From a virus (lineage: Duplodnaviria; Heunggongvirae; Uroviricota; Caudoviricetes), in IMG/VR virus record IMGVR_UViG_3300017700_000469, positions 64,001 to 128,000 of that record: a DNA stretch of 64,000 nt, one strand, 5' to 3'. Made by a program: the position numbers and the translations under genes. Position 1 is the stretch's first letter, and every line of letters starts with the position of its first letter. This document shows, one piece after another, positions 21,542 to 29,888 of this stretch. The notes beneath the pieces were generated by a model. It did no database searches, was not told the origin of the DNA, and was given only the letters and a program-made list of their open reading frames with translations.

Positions 21542-22068
21542 GCGAGCACCGAGTATTCAGGAGACTGTCCACGATGCCCGTAGCGAATGGCTTCGGGATT
21601 CAGGATCGGGATGTTCAGAGGGTCGAGCACTTCCTGCCACTTCGCGATCTTGTACTTGGCATTGCCCTCGACCTTTATGCTGTCGCAGTAGCCATAGAAC
21701 CCAACGCATTTTGCGTTCGGCGTCCGGTACGCGGTGCCGTGATAGTTGCCGCCCGTATAAGCGTTCATCGCCGCTACGGCGTCAACGATCGCTTGGACGG
21801 TTCCGCCCTTCTCGATGAAGTCGTCGATGATGATCCACTTACCGATGACACGGCCGACTGCGTTGCTGAAGTGGTGGCAGTCTTCGCCCGGCTTGCGGAT
21901 CACGGCCAGTTCTTTGCCCAGCAGGTGGGCGACGATCGGCGAGATGTACATGCCGGACACGCCACGGCACACGATCGTCTGGAAGTCAGCACGACCGATG
22001 TCGGCGACGATACGATTGACGATGGCAGTCCGCTCGTTGACCGCTTCACGGAAGTAGTTGGCCATTAG
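21538..22068 (-). CDS. Type I phosphoribosyltransferase-like protein
   Basis: CRGVSG, AVIRK and PRPP-binding loop IIIDDFIEKGGT. Confidence 0.8.
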   Translation of the reverse strand, partial: LMANYFREAVNERTAIVNRIVADIGRADFQTIVCRGVSGMYISPIVAHLLGKELAVIRKPGEDCHHFSNAVGRVIGKWIIIDDFIEKGGTVQAIVDAVAAMNAYTGGNYHGTAYRTPNAKCVGFYGYCDSIKVEGNAKYKIAKWQEVLDPLNIPILNPEAIRYGHRGQSPEYSVLA

Positions 22069-22466
22069 CCCACCCATTCCCGCGACGGATCGCTGATGAG
22101 TGTGCCGTTGAGATGGTCAAGCTCGTGCTGGATGACGTAGGCATAGTCGCCGCCGAACACCGAGCCGTCCAACAGTTCGATCCAGCGATGACGCTTCACG
22201 AAGAACGTCTCGCCCGGTAGGCTCAGGCAGCCTTCGCGAGAGCAGGCGATCTCTTCGGACCGCTTGGCGATCTTCGGGTTGATGAAGATGTCGCCCCAGT
22301 GCGTGATGAACAGACGAGCCGGGATGCCGACCTGCGGAGCCGCAAGGCCGAGAGCCTGCGACCGACGCATCAACGCGAACATCTTCGTGATCTGGTCGTA
22401 GGTGACTCGAAAGTCATCCCGGCAGATCGTCGAGAGCATCGTGTGCGGTGCAGTGAGAATGTCCAT
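22065..22466 (-). CDS. def: Peptide deformylase
   Basis: Three signature motifs GLAAPQVG, EGCLS, HELDHLNG. Confidence 0.95.
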   Translation of the reverse strand: MDILTAPHTMLSTICRDDFRVTYDQITKMFALMRRSQALGLAAPQVGIPARLFITHWGDIFINPKIAKRSEEIACSREGCLSLPGETFFVKRHRWIELLDGSVFGGDYAYVIQHELDHLNGTLISDPSREWVG

Positions 22467-22471
22467 GCCAC

Positions 22472-22502
22472 TACCACGACTGGTAGGGCTCTTCGGTTTT
22501 CA
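22472..22502 (-). promoter_or_regulatory. Class 2 (ECF-type) promoter of def
   Basis: TGAAAACC-N16-CGTGGTA, 5 nt before the ATG. Confidence 0.75.
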
Positions 22503-22925
22503 GAATCCGAAGATTAGGATGCCGCCGAGGACCATGCCGAGCACGAGACCCAGGTCATAGAGCCACCGGTTGTTCGGCGGGTTCTCGGTCACGACACGGC
22601 GGGTCCGAATCGGAATGAAGGTGACGAGGTTCTCGCCCTCGGCGTCAAGCAAGGGGAACTCTTCGACGGTCTCGACCACCCGCTGCACGGGCTTGGGCTT
22701 GCGGACGATCGGCTTGTCGTAGCCCAGCGCCAGCAGCCATTCGTTGGGCATGTCCTTCAGCGGCACGGGTTTCAGCTTCCGCAGGGCGCTGATCTCGTAG
22801 ACCTGCTCGGTGATCGATCCCAGCGTCCCGCCTCGGCCGACGAAAAGCACGCCTTTGAACTCTTTCGGCGATTCGTCCGTGACGGCGAAGTAGTCGGAAC
22901 CCGTGCGGTAGTAGGTTGTCTTCAT
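22500..22925 (-). CDS. Hypothetical protein with C-terminal membrane anchor
   Basis: C-terminal LGLVLGMVLGGILIFGF; ATG 6 nt after a class 1 -10 box. Confidence 0.75.
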   Translation of the reverse strand: MKTTYYRTGSDYFAVTDESPKEFKGVLFVGRGGTLGSITEQVYEISALRKLKPVPLKDMPNEWLLALGYDKPIVRKPKPVQRVVETVEEFPLLDAEGENLVTFIPIRTRRVVTENPPNNRWLYDLGLVLGMVLGGILIFGF

Positions 22926-22927
22926 AC

Positions 22928-22961
22928 CTCAACAATACGTCAAAGCTGACGTAATGTCAAT
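22928..22961 (-). promoter_or_regulatory. Class 1 sigma70-type promoter (consensus -35)
   Basis: TTGACA-TTACGTCAGCTTTGACG(17)-TATTGT. Confidence 0.9.
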
Positions 22962-23005
22962 TCGTGAGCTATGATTAGAATAACCACTTCAACCGGAGAA
23001 TCATC

Positions 23006-23227
23006 ATGGGGAAGATCGCTGTATTCGGCGGCATGGCCATCGGACTCTCGATGTGCATCGCCGCAATGAACAAGCCGGACGAGGGGAACTACACGTCGCC
23101 TCTCACGCAATACAACGCCGAGACGCTGGCCGAATCCAATCGAACTGGCGTGCCGCTCGAAGACGTCCGGGCCAAGCGATCCGACGAGCGTCGCATCGCG
23201 ATCGAGAGAACGCTGAGCGGCCGTTAG
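23006..23227 (+). CDS. Small secreted/membrane hypothetical protein
   Basis: GGAGA SD; N-terminal hydrophobic segment. Confidence 0.6.
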   Translation: MGKIAVFGGMAIGLSMCIAAMNKPDEGNYTSPLTQYNAETLAESNRTGVPLEDVRAKRSDERRIAIERTLSGR

Positions 23228-23691
23228 TCCAGGCCGTGCTCTTTGAGCAGCGCTTGGTACCGCTTGAAGATGGCGTCCATCGCCTTCTCGTCTTGCTCGT
23301 ACCAGTCGATCGCCTCGGCCTCAGCGACCATGCCGTTCACGAGCGACTTGAGTGGCTCGGGACCAATGAGCATCGGCTGCGGGTCACAGACGGCGGCGTT
23401 GCCTTGATACAGAATCAAGTCAGTGGGCCACTTAGCGTTCGCGACTTTCAACGCCTCGGCCAGCGCGTCTTCACGATCGAAGAACCGATTGCACGTCGAG
23501 CCAACCTTGTAGCGATACGGATCGTCGGACTCTTTGTTCTGCTGATTCAGCTTCTTAGCATCACGCTTGGTGATCGTGTACACGACATCGATCTCTTCTC
23601 GGTCCGGCCCACGAAGCCGGGCCATGTGATGGCTCGCACCAGCAACTAAGCCGGCGTAGGTCGAGAGCGTTAGGTAGGCGACGGTGGGCAT
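23224..23691 (-). CDS. Hypothetical protein
   Basis: GC3-rich coding pattern, in array. Confidence 0.7.
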   Translation of the reverse strand: MPTVAYLTLSTYAGLVAGASHHMARLRGPDREEIDVVYTITKRDAKKLNQQNKESDDPYRYKVGSTCNRFFDREDALAEALKVANAKWPTDLILYQGNAAVCDPQPMLIGPEPLKSLVNGMVAEAEAIDWYEQDEKAMDAIFKRYQALLKEHGLD

Positions 23692-23948
23692 GGTTCAAGT
23701 AGCTCGATGTAGTTGTCGCCGTGGCACGGCAACGGATGGCAATGGCAGCCTAGTCGCTTGCCCTTCAGTTCGACCTGCGCACGACGTCGCAGGTCCGGCC
23801 GTCGCATCAGGTTGATCTTGTGCATAGCAATGACCTGCTCGCGTGTGCCGTCGATGCCTATGACGAACGGGTTGCCCCAGTCCGTCGAGCGATCGATCAT
23901 TACGTCGCAGGGCTCGTCGTGGATGTTGACGACACGGGTTCTCGGCAT
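23670..23948 (-). CDS. DUF4326-family phage protein
   Basis: IDRSTDWGNPF ... GTREQVI ... LKGKRLGCHCHPLPCHGD. Confidence 0.8.
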   Translation of the reverse strand: MPRTRVVNIHDEPCDVMIDRSTDWGNPFVIGIDGTREQVIAMHKINLMRRPDLRRRAQVELKGKRLGCHCHPLPCHGDNYIELLEPCPPSPT

Positions 23949-25519
23949 CGCTGAGACTCGCGGAACTTATGAATGGCAGAGGCGAGTCGGCGACGGCCAG
24001 CTTCGCTGAGTTGGAAGCCGGGCTCGGAGAAGTGAAGCTCGAACGAATAGCGTTCGGGCAGTTCTAAGAGTCGATTCCCAAGGTGGTCGAAGTGACGTGA
24101 TTCAGGTCCGAGGTACCGATACTCGTAGTACGTCTTCACGATGCGGCCGAAGAGCCGCTCGCGGTCGTCGAGCAGCACGGTGAACCAGATGTTCCACGGG
24201 CCGGCGTAGACAACCTCGAACTGCAACGTGAGATATGGCGTCACCATAGGTCGTAGCCCGTCGTGTCTAGCGGTGGCGGCACGGGGAGCGGCGGCAAGTC
24301 CTTGACGAGTTCAAGCAACGTGTCCAAGTCGTCGATGACGAGCCGCACGCCGAAGTCAGACGAGACCCGACCTTTGAGCTTGGTCAGAATCGCTTCGGCC
24401 TTGATCTTGTCGGTGCGGTTCCGCTCGGCGACCGCAGCGTTAGCTGCGTCTACCTTCGCCTTCGCTTCGGGATTGCACGGGCGACCGTTGTGAAAGTCGT
24501 TCGCGTGGCAGTCCTCGCAGAACTCGTGATTGCCCATAAAGTTTGACGACCCATCCACAGAAGAGTTCGATGACGGCGATGCCTAGTTCGGCGACCATGC
24601 CGACTGCCAAGACGCCGACCATCAGAAGTAGGAACGTACCGATGCAGAGCGCGATGTGAGCCATATAGAATTGAAAGAAGTCGGTCATTCCCAGGCCCAC
24701 ACGAGAGAAGTGAAGGCAGCCACCACGACGATGACCCAGATCAGGAAGCCACGCAGGTCTTCACCCATCACGTAGGCGAGGTAGCGATCGTCGCCGGGCA
24801 TCGGGCCGATGGCGAAGAACCCGCAGAAGAACATGCTGAAGTAGTCCCGGCAGCGGTAGCACGCCCGGATGAGGAAGCCGAGCGAGATGATCGCCCAGGC
24901 GGCGAGGACACAGAGGAAGGTGGTGTTCATAGTGGGTTCGAGCAGAAAGCGATGTAGGCGGCGTCGCACGCCGGCGTGCAACAGAAGCGTCCGTCGTAAC
25001 AGTGGTCGCCGCAGTTCGGGCACATGCCCGTGGGCTCGGGCTGCGTCTCGTCCCACTCTTCGTAGTGACCGAGGCCCTTCGAGCCGAACTGCGAGGCGGT
25101 CGGATCGACCACATCGCCGTTCTCGTCGTAGAGCCACCAGTGAGGACGCTCGCCGCCGACCCAGCAGTAGTAGTGCCCACGTACCCGCTTGAGTTCCGGG
25201 AAGGCGATCTGCATCGCCTCGGTGGTCTCGCGACAGGTGCCGTGCGGATCGGGCACGTTGGCCGCGATCCACTCCGCGTACTCAGGTCTCATGGAATGAA
25301 CGGGCTCTCGACTTGCGGAAGCTGCGGCTGAAGACGGCCGCCGCACGTCAGTTGGCGCAGCCAGAGTGTGCCAGTGAACAGGATCGCAAGCCGCTCGGGC
25401 CATGAGAGCTTCCAGCACGAGATGATCTCGTCGGGCTCAACGCAGACCGGGAGTGTTTGATACTGCGGCTGATCTTCAGCGAGGATGGCGTTCTGCTGTG
25501 GGAACGATGTGGGCTTCAT
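23900..25519 (-). other. Block of small hypothetical and membrane genes
   Basis: ORFs 23900-24247, 24241-24558, two hydrophobic ORFs ending at 24440 and 24685, 24927-about 25291, 25289-25519. Confidence 0.6.
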
Positions 25520-25902
25520 TGAGCGACGATTCCTGTGCCATACCAGATGCCATCGGTGCCTCGCGACATCGCGTAGCCCCAGAAGACGCACGTACCATTC
25601 ACCGTGGACCAGTGCCCAGGAGAGGCACGCCACGACTTGAAAATCTCATCGGCGGCATCTTGCTCGCCTTGGTTGCGCCACGACATGGCGCACACTTCGG
25701 CGAACCGATAGCCCGGCATCTTCCCGACCAGTTCTTGGAACCGGGCGTCCCAGTTCTGATGGCCAATCTGATGCACACGAGCTTGGTAGCCGGCGTGCCG
25801 CTGAGCCATTGATTGCAGGATCGCGTGCCACCTACCGCTCGTGATGCTCTTCACCCCGAGGCTTCGACCTGTGACCATCAGGCGTTGGTTCGGCGTCATC
25901 AC
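25516..25902 (-). CDS. CAP/SCP-like domain protein
   Basis: EVCA...IFKSWRASPGHW...GYA...GIWY pattern of the CAP superfamily. Confidence 0.65.
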   Translation of the reverse strand: MMTPNQRLMVTGRSLGVKSITSGRWHAILQSMAQRHAGYQARVHQIGHQNWDARFQELVGKMPGYRFAEVCAMSWRNQGEQDAADEIFKSWRASPGHWSTVNGTCVFWGYAMSRGTDGIWYGTGIVAQ

Positions 25903-26681
25903 ACGATGCCGGCGTCTTCGGCCATGCGTTGGGCCATCGCGGCGACCTGCACAAGCTCGTCACGCATCTGCTTGAGATCGCGTTTCGAGGTTCGCAGCTT
26001 GACGATGTCCCAGACTTCATCAACCTCTTCCCACAGGACGGCGAAGCCCTCGTGGAAGCTGTTCTGCTTGCCGGGGTGGCACTCGCGGGCATAGGCGAGT
26101 TCCTTAGCGACCCGCTCGGCGAAAGTCTTCTTAGACTTCGGCACCAAGTCGGGCGGTACCCGCGAGGTACGCCATGCTTCCAGATCGGCTTCGGTCGGAA
26201 GCTGTTTGATTAGCGAAGGGTGGTACTTCGGCGCGTTCGGGTCGGTGTAACCCATCGTGCCCGGTCCGGGCGGCGACGGTTCGGGTGCCTCTTGAACGGT
26301 GTGGACGTTGACCGGGTTGTAGGCCCATTGTGCAGGCACGGTGATCTCGTCGGGTGCGATCTCCCGAGGGCCGCCCTCTTCGTAGCAGCGGACGTCGAGC
26401 CCTTGTGCGGCAAGCGCCCGACCGATGACGCCCATCACGGTGGTCTTACCTACCGAGCCCGAGATCGTGACGGTTACGGCGTCGTTGGTGGTCGGCGGAA
26501 CCGGCCGCACGCGAACCGACATGAACGCCTCGGCCTGGATCGCGATCTTCACGTCCATCGCGGTCACGGGCTCGATGCCACCTTCGAGCTTCGGGATGCC
26601 GAGCACGCCGCCGAGGCCCCACGAGAGGCGGTGGTCCTTACAGACCTTGACGATCGCTTCGAGAAACTCTTGCTTACCCAC
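25899..26681 (-). CDS. Hypothetical protein with C-terminal MazG-like all-alpha NTP-pyrophosphatase domain
   Basis: HEGFAVLWEEVDEVWD ... RDELVQVAAMA. Confidence 0.6.
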   Translation of the reverse strand: MGKQEFLEAIVKVCKDHRLSWGLGGVLGIPKLEGGIEPVTAMDVKIAIQAEAFMSVRVRPVPPTTNDAVTVTISGSVGKTTVMGVIGRALAAQGLDVRCYEEGGPREIAPDEITVPAQWAYNPVNVHTVQEAPEPSPPGPGTMGYTDPNAPKYHPSLIKQLPTEADLEAWRTSRVPPDLVPKSKKTFAERVAKELAYARECHPGKQNSFHEGFAVLWEEVDEVWDIVKLRTSKRDLKQMRDELVQVAAMAQRMAEDAGIV

Positions 26682-26700
26682 AGGAACCTCGTATGAAAAC

Positions 26701-26735
26701 GCCCACGGCCTGGGAGAGACGAACAGGCCGTGGGC
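26701..26735 (-). terminator. Intrinsic terminator of the Ro60 operon
   Basis: 12-bp stem GCCCACGGCCTG/CAGGCCGTGGGC followed by GTTTTC on the minus strand, just after the Ro60 stop. Confidence 0.75.
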
Positions 26736-26756
26736 GGGGCGATGACTTTGGTAGGC

Positions 26757-28409
26757 TTAGGCGGCGTCCGCGTGGGCCGGTTTCTTGGCGTAGCCGGTGA
26801 ACTCGGCGAGGATCGACGGCGTGTCACCGTCGAAGCCGGCGATGTCCAACGTCCCGGCATCTTTCGGGTCCGCGATGCTGTGCCCGTTCGCGGCCATCGA
26901 CACGACCGCGAGCTTGGCGTTGATGCCCATCTGTTGGCGGTAGCGATCGAGAGCTTGGATCGGGTGCTCGGTCTGAGCCGAGTTCGTGTCGCTGTCCGTG
27001 TAGATCACGAACGTATCGACCGGCATGTTCTTGGCGAGTGCGTCGAGGATCGGCGCGGCACAGTTCGTCCCGGCGGCCGGCGTGTTGCTGCATCGGTTGA
27101 CGACGTCGTCGAGCCGCGAGTAGCCGCTGATGCCCAGGTCCACCATCCCATTCGAGAAGGCTGCACAGTAGCTCTGTCGCTCCGTGCGAAGCGTGACCAT
27201 CGCCATGCAGGCCGCGCCTTCACGGGCGTGGATGTGCGTGTCAGCGATCCGGCTCTGTGCCCACGACATCGACGCCGAGACGTCGATCGCGAGGTAGTGC
27301 CGCTTGTTCGTCGGCTCGACGTGGGCGAACGAGTTGTAGAAGGCGTCTTGCAACGCATCCGTGATCTGAGCCACCGGAGTCCAGGTGAGATCGCCCTTCA
27401 CACCGTGGCCGGCGGCGTAGGTGGTCTGAGCGAGCAGGAACTTGAACGGATGGACGCGAGACTTCTGCAAGGCTTTGACGTCGTGGAGGGCGTCGTTCAC
27501 CTTACGGGCTGCCAGCGACATCGGAGCGATCAAACCGATCGACGTCATCTTGTTGACGTTGCGGATCATCGCCCACATCGGCATGTGTTCGAGCAGCGCG
27601 TTCCACACCGCCGGTGAGTTGAGGAACTGCGTCGGGATGTGCTCCCGCACGAGGCGGTAGTCTCGGATGAGCTTGACGACTTGCTTCTCAGTCGTGGCCA
27701 CCTTCACTTGCTCGAAGCCTTCGATCGTCTTCAGCGACTCACCCAACGCGAAGTCGGGCTCAGCCTTCCCGACCGCGTAGCGGTACAGGTAGTTGCGATC
27801 GTGCTCGGTGGTCTTCGGGTGCGATAGCCGCAGCACGTCACGTTGCGTGAAGCCGTTACGGTTCTGGTACTTCGTCATCTGGTACGCCAGATCGGCGACC
27901 GGCTTGTCGTTGTACCAGCGGGCGATGGCGTTGCGGAGAGCACGGCCCCAGCCACGGAACTCTTGGACGTTCTTGATGAAGTCCGCGAGATCGGTGTAGT
28001 AGGTGCAGACGCGCGGCAACACGCGGAGAGCCATCTGCGACGGCGTCTCACCGGCGAAGGTGCGGGTCTCTTTGCTGCCGGCCACGAGAGCCAGCGCGAA
28101 GACGGCGGACGCATTCTTCGGAGCGCGACCGCTCTCGCTGATCTCGACGATCGCGGCGACGGTGCGGGCCGGGTCTTCGGCGACGCACTCAAAGATCGAC
28201 GTGGCATTGTCCACGGTCATCTTGGCTTCGCCGACTTGGAAGTGGCCGCCTTCGCAACCTTGGATCAGGAAGCGGTTGAGCCGGGTCCACTTGTCCACAG
28301 CGAAGCTGAAGCCGCCGCCGTCGTTCTTGACCATGTTAGTGCGGCCGGGAATGGCCTTGGTCTGCGGCGTGGAGCGGATCGACCCTAAATGCTTCGCGTA
28401 GTTGGACAC
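26757..28409 (-). CDS. rsr: Ro60 / Rsr TROVE-domain RNA-binding protein with C-terminal vWA
   Basis: KNDGGGFSF, RLNRFLI, KYQNRNGFTQRDVLRLSHPK, MPMWAMIRN, SRVHPF, AIDVSASM, FVIYTDSDT, DIAGFD; GTG start at 28409 with GGAG SD. Confidence 0.95.
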   Translation of the reverse strand: MSNYAKHLGSIRSTPQTKAIPGRTNMVKNDGGGFSFAVDKWTRLNRFLIQGCEGGHFQVGEAKMTVDNATSIFECVAEDPARTVAAIVEISESGRAPKNASAVFALALVAGSKETRTFAGETPSQMALRVLPRVCTYYTDLADFIKNVQEFRGWGRALRNAIARWYNDKPVADLAYQMTKYQNRNGFTQRDVLRLSHPKTTEHDRNYLYRYAVGKAEPDFALGESLKTIEGFEQVKVATTEKQVVKLIRDYRLVREHIPTQFLNSPAVWNALLEHMPMWAMIRNVNKMTSIGLIAPMSLAARKVNDALHDVKALQKSRVHPFKFLLAQTTYAAGHGVKGDLTWTPVAQITDALQDAFYNSFAHVEPTNKRHYLAIDVSASMSWAQSRIADTHIHAREGAACMAMVTLRTERQSYCAAFSNGMVDLGISGYSRLDDVVNRCSNTPAAGTNCAAPILDALAKNMPVDTFVIYTDSDTNSAQTEHPIQALDRYRQQMGINAKLAVVSMAANGHSIADPKDAGTLDIAGFDGDTPSILAEFTGYAKKPAHADAA

Positions 28410-28433
28410 TGATGAAACTCCGAGGAAAGAAAC

Positions 28434-28569
28434 ATGCGGGCAAAAAGCGAAGTGGGGAAATTTATACCGATGCTCTACCAAGCTGAGCTAACCGACGATG
28501 TTCGCCGGTGGAGGATTTGAACCTCCGACCCTCGGTTCCCGTGAATAACCCACGTCTACGGCCCGCAAT
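28434..28569 (-). ncRNA. yrlA: YrlA-type Y RNA (circularly permuted tRNA mimic)
   Basis: Order: GCGGGC-CGTAG Ro stem, T arm GGAGG-TTCAAAT-CCTCC, acceptor-like stem ACCGGCGA/TCGTCGGT closed by an ACA loop, D arm GCTC-AGCTTGGTA-GAGC, then TTGCCCGC pairing back to the 5' end; directly upstream of Ro60. Confidence 0.9.
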
Positions 28570-28573
28570 ACGG

Positions 28574-28810
28574 TTAGGTGATGTCGATCTTGTCGATCAA
28601 CGTCACCGAGCGAACGACGATGTCTTTGAGGCTGAGATCAGCTTCACACGGGTCTTCCGGCGGCTTTGGCCCGCCTTCCACGACATGGTCGCGGACTCGG
28701 CGGATCGCCACTTCGGCGTCAACGGCGATGACGTTCAGACCGGTGTAGGTCTTTGACGTCCCGGCGATTGAGCGGAACACGGTGTAATACTCAACGCGAT
28801 ACAGACTCAT
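28574..28810 (-). CDS. 79-aa hypothetical protein embedded in the Y RNA array
   Basis: GGAG SD; ATG at 28810; normal coding composition. Confidence 0.7.
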   Translation of the reverse strand: MSLYRVEYYTVFRSIAGTSKTYTGLNVIAVDAEVAIRRVRDHVVEGGPKPPEDPCEADLSLKDIVVRSVTLIDKIDIT

Positions 28811-28828
28811 CAAACACTCCAAGACAAA

Positions 28829-28890
28829 GCGAGCAAGGGATTAGCCGAGGGAAGGGATCGTGGAAGGATAACCCTCAGCAAGCGGCTCGC
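28829..28890 (-). ncRNA. Minimal Y RNA-like hairpin (no tRNA domain)
   Basis: GCGAGC-CG...GCTGAGGG-TTAT...CCCTCGGC...TT-GCTCGC; same architecture as the other Y elements. Confidence 0.7.
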
Positions 28891-28908
28891 AGTTTTACGA
28901 ATAGGAAG

Positions 28909-29044
28909 GGTGGCCGGTGGGACTCGAACCCACGACAGGCGGCTTAAAAGGCAATAAGAGTGATCGTCGGCCCGCGATAACAAAGCACCTGGACTAAGAT
29001 TGAGCACCCAAAAACGCTGCTCTACCAACTGAGCTACAGCCACC
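28909..29044 (-). tRNA. tRNA-Lys(UUU) interrupted by a 62-nt Y-RNA-like insertion (28953-29014); tRNA/Y-RNA hybrid
   Basis: Joining 29044-29015 to 28952-28909 gives (G)GTGGCTG-TA-GCTC-AGTTGGTA-GAGC-A-GCGGC-CTTTTAA-GCCGC-CTGTC-GTGGG-TTCGAGT-CCCAC-CGGCCAC-C; no encoded CCA. Confidence 0.75.
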
Positions 29045-29057
29045 ACACAAACAAACG

Positions 29058-29119
29058 ACAACGGGCAAGTTTGTGACTGAGGGACATATACCAATAACCC
29101 TCGGTCTTCGGCCCATCGT
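29058..29119 (-). ncRNA. Minimal Y RNA (YrlB-like)
   Basis: ACGATGGGC-C-GAAGACCGAGGG-TTATT...CCCTCAGTC...TT-GCCCGTTGT; contains the bacterial Ro-binding motif GCCGAAG. Confidence 0.8.
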
Positions 29120-29124
29120 TTACG

Positions 29125-29502
29125 TTACGCAGCCAACAAGACGCTGGCGTCTCGCGGAGCGAATACTTTCATCTTCGTGATTCGTACATGACCGATCTTG
29201 CAACCGGCCACACGAACCTCGGTGTGCGATTCCGACCGGCCTTCGCTGATCGGTTGAAGCCCGGCAAGGTAGCCGACGACTTCCTTCAACAGACGCAGTT
29301 CACGATTGCCGTCGTGTTGACCGACGCCACCTGCGGTGTCTTCGTCTTCCTCGGCAACCGGAAGAATCGCGGATTCGATCGCTGCGGCGAGTTCCACCGA
29401 CGTCGGCAGTTCGAGGAAGTAACCCTCGAAGTTGGACCGGGTCGAGCATCCCGAGACGCTGATATGAAGTAGTGGAATCTCTCGCATCGTCATGTCTCGC
29501 AT
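29125..29502 (-). CDS. Hypothetical protein, first gene of the Ro60/Y RNA operon
   Basis: Lies between a class 2 promoter and the Y RNA array. Confidence 0.65.
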   Translation of the reverse strand: MRDMTMREIPLLHISVSGCSTRSNFEGYFLELPTSVELAAAIESAILPVAEEDEDTAGGVGQHDGNRELRLLKEVVGYLAGLQPISEGRSESHTEVRVAGCKIGHVRITKMKVFAPRDASVLLAA

Positions 29503-29519
29503 TGTGTTGTTGACAGAAC

Positions 29520-29550
29520 TAACACGTCGGCGAGCATCAAACGGTTTTTA
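29520..29550 (-). promoter_or_regulatory. Class 2 (ECF-type) promoter heading the Ro60/Y RNA operon
   Basis: TAAAAACC-N16-CGTGTTA. Confidence 0.75.
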
Positions 29551-29847
29551 GATTTCCAAGTTCTTCTGAGTCGCGAACTCTTCGATCAGTGCGTAGTCCG
29601 TCAGACCGAAGAACGCATTGATCTCTTGAGGGGTGGCGGGGCCGAGCGGGCCGAAGCGCTCTAAGAGATTGACGCCGGCACGTTCGGCGGCGTCGATGAG
29701 CGGCATTACGCGGAACATCTCGCCGAGGAACCAGCGATTGCCCTTGGCCTTAGCCCGGATGCACATCTTCTCGATGCGGGTCCGCCACTTCTTAGCGCGG
29801 CGTCGGCTTGGCGTCTTGAAACGACGACGGTTGAGTGCTTTGTTCAT
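29548..29847 (-). CDS. Basic hypothetical protein
   Basis: ATG 5 nt after a class 2 -10 box. Confidence 0.65.
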   Translation of the reverse strand: MNKALNRRRFKTPSRRRAKKWRTRIEKMCIRAKAKGNRWFLGEMFRVMPLIDAAERAGVNLLERFGPLGPATPQEINAFFGLTDYALIEEFATQKNLEI

Positions 29848-29852
29848 GGGAT

Positions 29853-29883
29853 TAACACGAACAAAGCACTCAACCGGTTTTCA
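29853..29883 (-). promoter_or_regulatory. Class 2 (ECF-type) promoter overlapping a 17-bp inverted repeat
   Basis: TGAAAACC-N16-CGTGTTA. Confidence 0.75.
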
Positions 29884-29888
29884 GATTC

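Noticed and set aside
28508-29094. ORFs 28508-28756 (+), 28753-28947 (+), 28810-29094 (-), and the 24-codon extension of Ro60 to 28481
   Set aside because: They overlap the Y RNA and tRNA structures; the GTG at 28409 has the SD.
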